Shown in pieces: positions 60,491 to 64,000 of a stretch of DNA of 64,000 bases (position 1 is the first letter of the stretch; each line of letters begins with the position of its first letter). Position numbers and translations under genes: made by a program. The DNA is taken from assembly GCA_020059585.1 (NCBI GenBank), contig JAGVBU010000008.1, positions 22,163 to 86,162 of the forward strand. The letters run 5' to 3'. This stretch comes from Minisyncoccota bacterium (GTDB taxonomy: Bacteria; Patescibacteriota; Minisyncoccia; UBA6257; GWB1-50-10). Under the pieces are notes generated by a model. That model ran no database searches. It was not told the origin of the DNA and saw only the letters and a list, made by a program, of their open reading frames with translations.

Positions 60491-61919
60491 ATTTATTGTA
60501 CTTTTCGCGTGTGTGGCGGTGTTTTTTACGCCTGCGGTGTTTGCGCAAACCCCCATCACGATTGATACTACGTTTCTCACTCCCGATACAAACGCTTCGA
60601 GCGTCCCACAATTCATATCGAAATTTTATGAGCTCGGACTCGGTATTGCTGGTATTATCGCGGTCGGGATGATTGTTGTGGGCGCAATATTTTACACAAT
60701 ATCAGGCGCAAGCCCTCAGAAAAAAGGGGAGGCAAAAGATATTATTTTTTCGGCCATATGGGGGGTAGTGCTTCTTTTCGGCTCGTATGTAATATTGAAA
60801 TCAATAAACCCTCAACTTATAGAGCTCCGCGATCCAGGAAGCGGTCTTGGGGGAGAATTGCCGAGTCCTATGGATACAGGAAACTGTTCTTCAACAACTC
60901 CTATTGTTGATATAAATGGAAATCCAAATCCAAACGGGGCGACCTTAAATCCGTGCGCTGAAGGAGAACCACCAATAAATCCGGAGACAGGATACTGCCA
61001 ATGTTACAAAAGAGAAATAGCACCCATAGCGTGTCCCATCGAACTTGAGCCTGTCTCATATAGAAACAACGATGGAAGTCTCCCGACATATCGATGGACG
61101 ATGTCAGGAGAAAAAGTAAATTCAACAAATACGCACCCCCCAGGAAGAACAAGTGCTGGTGACAATATATGCGCGAGGAAGGTTCTTATTCCTGAGCACA
61201 CCGACTTCTACACTGTTGATTGCGATCCGTGTGAAGAGGGATGGCCGAGTAGTGGGTTCTTTGGTTATGCGGACGATGAACACAACTTCGAAAAGAACAC
61301 CACAGGATGGGTGTGGCCGTACTATCCTAAACTAGCGGGAGGTTCCGCTGAAACAGCACCACAGTACGCGCTTTGCGTGATGTATGCCTACTATGATCCT
61401 GAAGACGAGGAGATTGTCCGCGCGGATCTCGATGGATTGAAACCTTGTGTTGAATTTTCCTCATCCACACCAAGAGCAACAGGGAATTACGAGCAAGCTG
61501 GGTGGGAATCAAGAAATAACGAGATTCTCCAAAGATTACAAAACGCCGGTATATCTGTCACAAGTAGTGGAAATTGCGGAGATCCGAACAATCCTAGTTG
61601 CACCAATGTTGGGGGGCTCCCTGATTATGCCGTCGATCAGATTATCTATATAAAACAGAATTGCAACTGTGAGGTGAGGGTTACAGGGGGAGCTGAGACA
61701 GGACACCAATCACACGGATTAAACCGTCCTGTGTTTGATCTTGCATCAAATCAGACGCTTGCCCAATATCTCTTCAATAATCGAACAGGAAATGGGCTTG
61801 GTTTCGTCCAACAAATATGCACTACAAACGCATACAGCCAGTATCGATTTAATTGTGGAAGTTACACCGAAGCACAAGAACACCTCCATGTGAAAACTGG
61901 AATAAATTGGAGTCCTTAG
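60468..61919 (+). CDS. VirB2/TrbC-like pilin module fused to a ~370-aa Cys-rich extracellular domain
   Basis: N-terminal 115 aa repeat the pilin-paralog topology and loop motif (TISGASPQKKGEAKD); C-terminal domain has 16 Cys and a possible HxnD...ExxH metal-site pattern. Confidence 0.5.
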   Translation: MNLPRLIKFIVLFACVAVFFTPAVFAQTPITIDTTFLTPDTNASSVPQFISKFYELGLGIAGIIAVGMIVVGAIFYTISGASPQKKGEAKDIIFSAIWGVVLLFGSYVILKSINPQLIELRDPGSGLGGELPSPMDTGNCSSTTPIVDINGNPNPNGATLNPCAEGEPPINPETGYCQCYKREIAPIACPIELEPVSYRNNDGSLPTYRWTMSGEKVNSTNTHPPGRTSAGDNICARKVLIPEHTDFYTVDCDPCEEGWPSSGFFGYADDEHNFEKNTTGWVWPYYPKLAGGSAETAPQYALCVMYAYYDPEDEEIVRADLDGLKPCVEFSSSTPRATGNYEQAGWESRNNEILQRLQNAGISVTSSGNCGDPNNPSCTNVGGLPDYAVDQIIYIKQNCNCEVRVTGGAETGHQSHGLNRPVFDLASNQTLAQYLFNNRTGNGLGFVQQICTTNAYSQYRFNCGSYTEAQEHLHVKTGINWSP

Positions 61920-61922
61920 TTA

Positions 61923-61950
61923 CAAAAAACCGCCCTTCGGCGGTTTTTTA
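61923..61950. terminator. Bidirectional rho-independent terminator between the cluster and jag
   Basis: A-tract, stem CCGCC/GGCGG with CTTC loop, then TTTTTT; overlaps the jag stop codon. Confidence 0.55.
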
Positions 61951-62376
61951 TTCGATCCTCCGTATCACCACTCTCCTTTCCTTTCCCTCTCCCGTGCTTT
62001 CCGTACGAAGCTCAGGATGGGTTGCTATTTCCATATGGACAAGTCTTCGCTCATATCCATTCATAGAAGGAAGTTCTACGTCCTGCTTTGTAATTATTGC
62101 TTTTTTCGCGGCCGCGCGCGCGAGTTCTGATATTAGGCGCTCCCGCTCTTTCCGATAATAATTCACGTCAATCACAAACGGATTCTGTTTTTCCTTTCTG
62201 AAGATAAGCCCAAGAAGGTGATCGAGCGCAGGAAGAAATGTGGTCACATTTTCAGAGACAACCCTATCTTCGATCATAAAGGATATTTTTCTATGTTCCT
62301 CATCGATGTGTGTTTCCACACCTTGGAACCCTCCAAGTTCCACTATTTTTTTAACTTTTTCGAATAATTCTTGCAT
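61948..62376 (-). CDS. jag: RNA-binding protein Jag/KhpB (KH + R3H)
   Basis: C-terminal R3H signature (LPSMNGYERRLVHMEIATHPELRTESTGEG); conserved position next to yidC. Confidence 0.75.
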   Translation of the reverse strand: MQELFEKVKKIVELGGFQGVETHIDEEHRKISFMIEDRVVSENVTTFLPALDHLLGLIFRKEKQNPFVIDVNYYRKERERLISELARAAAKKAIITKQDVELPSMNGYERRLVHMEIATHPELRTESTGEGKERRVVIRRIE

Positions 62377-62386
62377 AGTGACAATG

Positions 62387-63070
62387 TTATTTTTTCTCCG
62401 TTGCCGACTTCTCGTTTATCTTCTTATTGATGTATACCTGCTGGCCTATAGAGAACAGCGTAGAGACTATCCAATATACACCAAGCGCGGATGGAAGGGA
62501 AAAGAGTATTACAAGCGTGATTGCGGGCCCTATTATCACCATCATCTTTCCTATGGACGCCGCGGGATTGTTATTCCCCGATCCCGCAGTCGCAAGCGCC
62601 ATTTTCCCCTGTATATATTGGAGTCCCGCGGCAATAACCGCGAGGACAACACTCTTCTCACTAAGATTAATTAAGCCGAAAAGAGCGACGCTGTCAAACG
62701 CGACGTTCGAGAGTTCGCGAGAAAATATCTGGAAAAGCGCGAGAAAAATAGGAAGTTGCACAAGAAGGAGAAGGAATCCCGAAAATGGATTCAGGTTGTT
62801 TTCTTTATAAAGCGCCATTAAAGCCTGCGCCTGCGCCTCCTTGTTTCCCTTGAATTTCTCCTGTATCTCTTTCATCTTCGGTTGTATCTTCTGCATTAGC
62901 GTCTGATCTTTCGCGCTTTTATAGAAAATAGGGAAAAGGATTATCCTTGTGGCAATCGTAAGTATCGCGATGGCGATTCCCAAATCGTGGAATGCCATGT
63001 TTTCATATATAAAAACAAGCGCCCCAAGTATCGGTGCGTATATATACACGTGAAATATATTAGATATCAT
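62387..63070 (-). CDS. yidC: Membrane protein insertase YidC, short form
   Basis: 227 aa with 5 TM helices and conserved YidC/Oxa1 core; rnpA-yidC-jag synteny. Confidence 0.8.
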   Translation of the reverse strand: MISNIFHVYIYAPILGALVFIYENMAFHDLGIAIAILTIATRIILFPIFYKSAKDQTLMQKIQPKMKEIQEKFKGNKEAQAQALMALYKENNLNPFSGFLLLLVQLPIFLALFQIFSRELSNVAFDSVALFGLINLSEKSVVLAVIAAGLQYIQGKMALATAGSGNNNPAASIGKMMVIIGPAITLVILFSLPSALGVYWIVSTLFSIGQQVYINKKINEKSATEKK

Positions 63071-63074
63071 GGTA

Positions 63075-63350
63075 TCAGAGTCTAGGAAAGTCTTTCTTCA
63101 ACTCCTCGAATGATACCATGCGAGCTGCGGGTTTTACAACAACACAGTACGATCCTTGTATTTTTCCGATTGATCGAAAAATCGCGCGCACCCTTCTTTT
63201 CAGGAGATTGCGCGTTACCGCTTCTTTTGCGACATTTTTTGATACAGAAACAAAAAACGGCTTCTTTCCGCCGCGTACCCTATGTATAGCAAAAAACCTC
63301 GTGGTGATTACACCGAAAGCTTCTTTCTTCCCTTTGCTCGGCGGCGTTGC
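63075..63350 (-). CDS. rnpA: RNase P protein component; 5' end unresolved
   Basis: Conserved RnpA core GKKEAFGV...[38 protein letters not shown] aligns with the RNR-box region of bacterial RnpA; no canonical start codon between the conserved N-terminus and the rpmH stop. Confidence 0.6.
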   Translation of the reverse strand, partial: ATPPSKGKKEAFGVITTRFFAIHRVRGGKKPFFVSVSKNVAKEAVTRNLLKRRVRAIFRSIGKIQGSYCVVVKPAARMVSFEELKKDFPRL

Positions 63351-63442
63351 AGCACATTCTTTCCCCCTGGAGTTCTCTTTCGCACGAGAAATCCGTGTGT
63401 TTTCTTTCTTTTTCTCTTGTTTGGTTGGTATGTTCTTGACAT
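63308..63442 (-). CDS. rpmH: 50S ribosomal protein L34
   Basis: Hand translation of the minus strand gives [44 protein letters not shown], a complete L34; it lies in a different frame inside the 151-aa ORF-track entry 63075..63530. Confidence 0.85.
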   Translation of the reverse strand: MSRTYQPNKRKRKKTHGFLVRKRTPGGKNVLQRRRAKGRKKLSV

Positions 63443-63448
63443 AATCCA

Positions 63449-63457
63449 TTATCCACA
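63449..63457. promoter_or_regulatory. Perfect DnaA box TTATCCACA in the divergent rpmH/dnaA intergenic region
   Basis: Exact match to the consensus 9-mer, 7 nt upstream of rpmH and ~130 nt upstream of dnaA. Confidence 0.5.
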
Positions 63458-63499
63458 ATTCATCAACAATTAAATCACATATCTCTTTCCAAATCAATA

Positions 63500-63527
63500 T
63501 TGAAACAGTGTAGAATAAGGGTATCAT
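63500..63527 (+). promoter_or_regulatory. Candidate dnaA promoter
   Basis: TTGAAA (-35), 16-nt spacer, TATCAT (-10). Confidence 0.35.
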
Positions 63528-63589
63528 CAATACATGCTGTGAAGAAAAAGTTTTTCGACACGCATCACTTTGATCGTATTTCTAAACGT

Positions 63590-64000
63590 ATGCAACACCA
63601 CGAATTATGGCAAGCGGTTCTCGGAGAAATAGAACTCCAGATATCAAAACCCAATTTCCTCACGTGGATGAAACACAGCCAACTCATCGAGAAAAAAGAG
63701 GAGAGTGGAGTTGCTCTTGTGGGACTTCCGAATAACTTCGCAAAGGAGTGGGTAAAAAACAGATATCATAAAATTATACTTGGATCACTTCGTAATTTTG
63801 ATTCTTCAATCAAGAATGTGACGTATGCGGTTGTACATCAAAATACCGCTCCCATAAAGGAGGTTGTTTCCGCGTCTGATAAAAAACACGATGATTCTCC
63901 AAACACACCCCTTCCTCTCGAATTGAAAATAGATCCTAAATCAAACCTCAACCCTAAATACGATCTTTCTTCGTTTATCGTAGGATCATCAAACGAACTC
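63590..64000 (+). CDS. dnaA: Chromosomal replication initiator DnaA, N-terminal part; continues beyond the window
   Basis: MQHHELWQAVLGEIELQISKPNFLTWM matches the DnaA N-terminus; ends with NPKYDLSSFIVGSSNEL, the start of the AAA+ domain. An in-frame GTG at 63539 is the alternative start. Not in the ORF track because it has no stop. Confidence 0.85.
   Translation, partial: MQHHELWQAVLGEIELQISKPNFLTWMKHSQLIEKKEESGVALVGLPNNFAKEWVKNRYHKIILGSLRNFDSSIKNVTYAVVHQNTAPIKEVVSASDKKHDDSPNTPLPLELKIDPKSNLNPKYDLSSFIVGSSNEL

Noticed and set aside
1-64000. Alternative genetic code (UGA recoding as in some CPR lineages)
   Set aside because: Long conserved genes are intact under the standard code, and TGA is used as a terminal stop followed directly by terminators or coupled starts (e.g. 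12860..12862).
1-64000. rRNA genes, tmRNA, RNase P RNA, SRP RNA
   Set aside because: No intergenic region is long enough or shows the conserved motifs. Only three tRNAs were found.

Overview
The window is a gene-dense, low-GC stretch that looks like a small-genome bacterium, probably Patescibacteria/CPR-like; that assignment is inference from gene content and tight gene packing. It uses the standard genetic code, with TGA read as stop. It ends at the replication-origin gene block: jag-yidC-rnpA-rpmH on the minus strand, a DnaA box, then the start of dnaA. Most of the window is housekeeping genes: tsaD, valS, murD, greA, H+-PPase, nusA, ftsK, recA, folD, glyA, ftsH, rpsA, gyrA, rpsO, pnp, comM and rsmA. 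There are three tRNAs. One of them, tRNA-Ile, has the unusual UAU anticodon. The main finding is a ~14 kb co-directional block at 48159..61919 that resembles a reduced type IV secretion system. It encodes a VirB6/TrbL-like polytopic protein, a PrgI/VirB3-like protein, and a VirB4 ATPase split across two ORFs. It also encodes several secreted or membrane-anchored proteins with no known function. The last gene fuses a VirB2/TrbC-like pilin to a large Cys-rich extracellular domain. No VirD4 coupling protein, relaxase or VirB11 is visible. A separate tandem array of four paralogous pilin-like genes sits at 37464..39072, next to tRNA-Leu and a Xer-like recombinase. Other features worth a second look: three GCS2-type carboxylate-amine ligase paralogs plus a C26/GATase1 hydrolase sit between folD and glyA. 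A 78-bp tandem direct repeat with palindromic cores lies in a convergent intergenic region. The complete rpmH gene is hidden in an alternate frame of a longer ORF. No rRNA, CRISPR array or clear transposon was seen.
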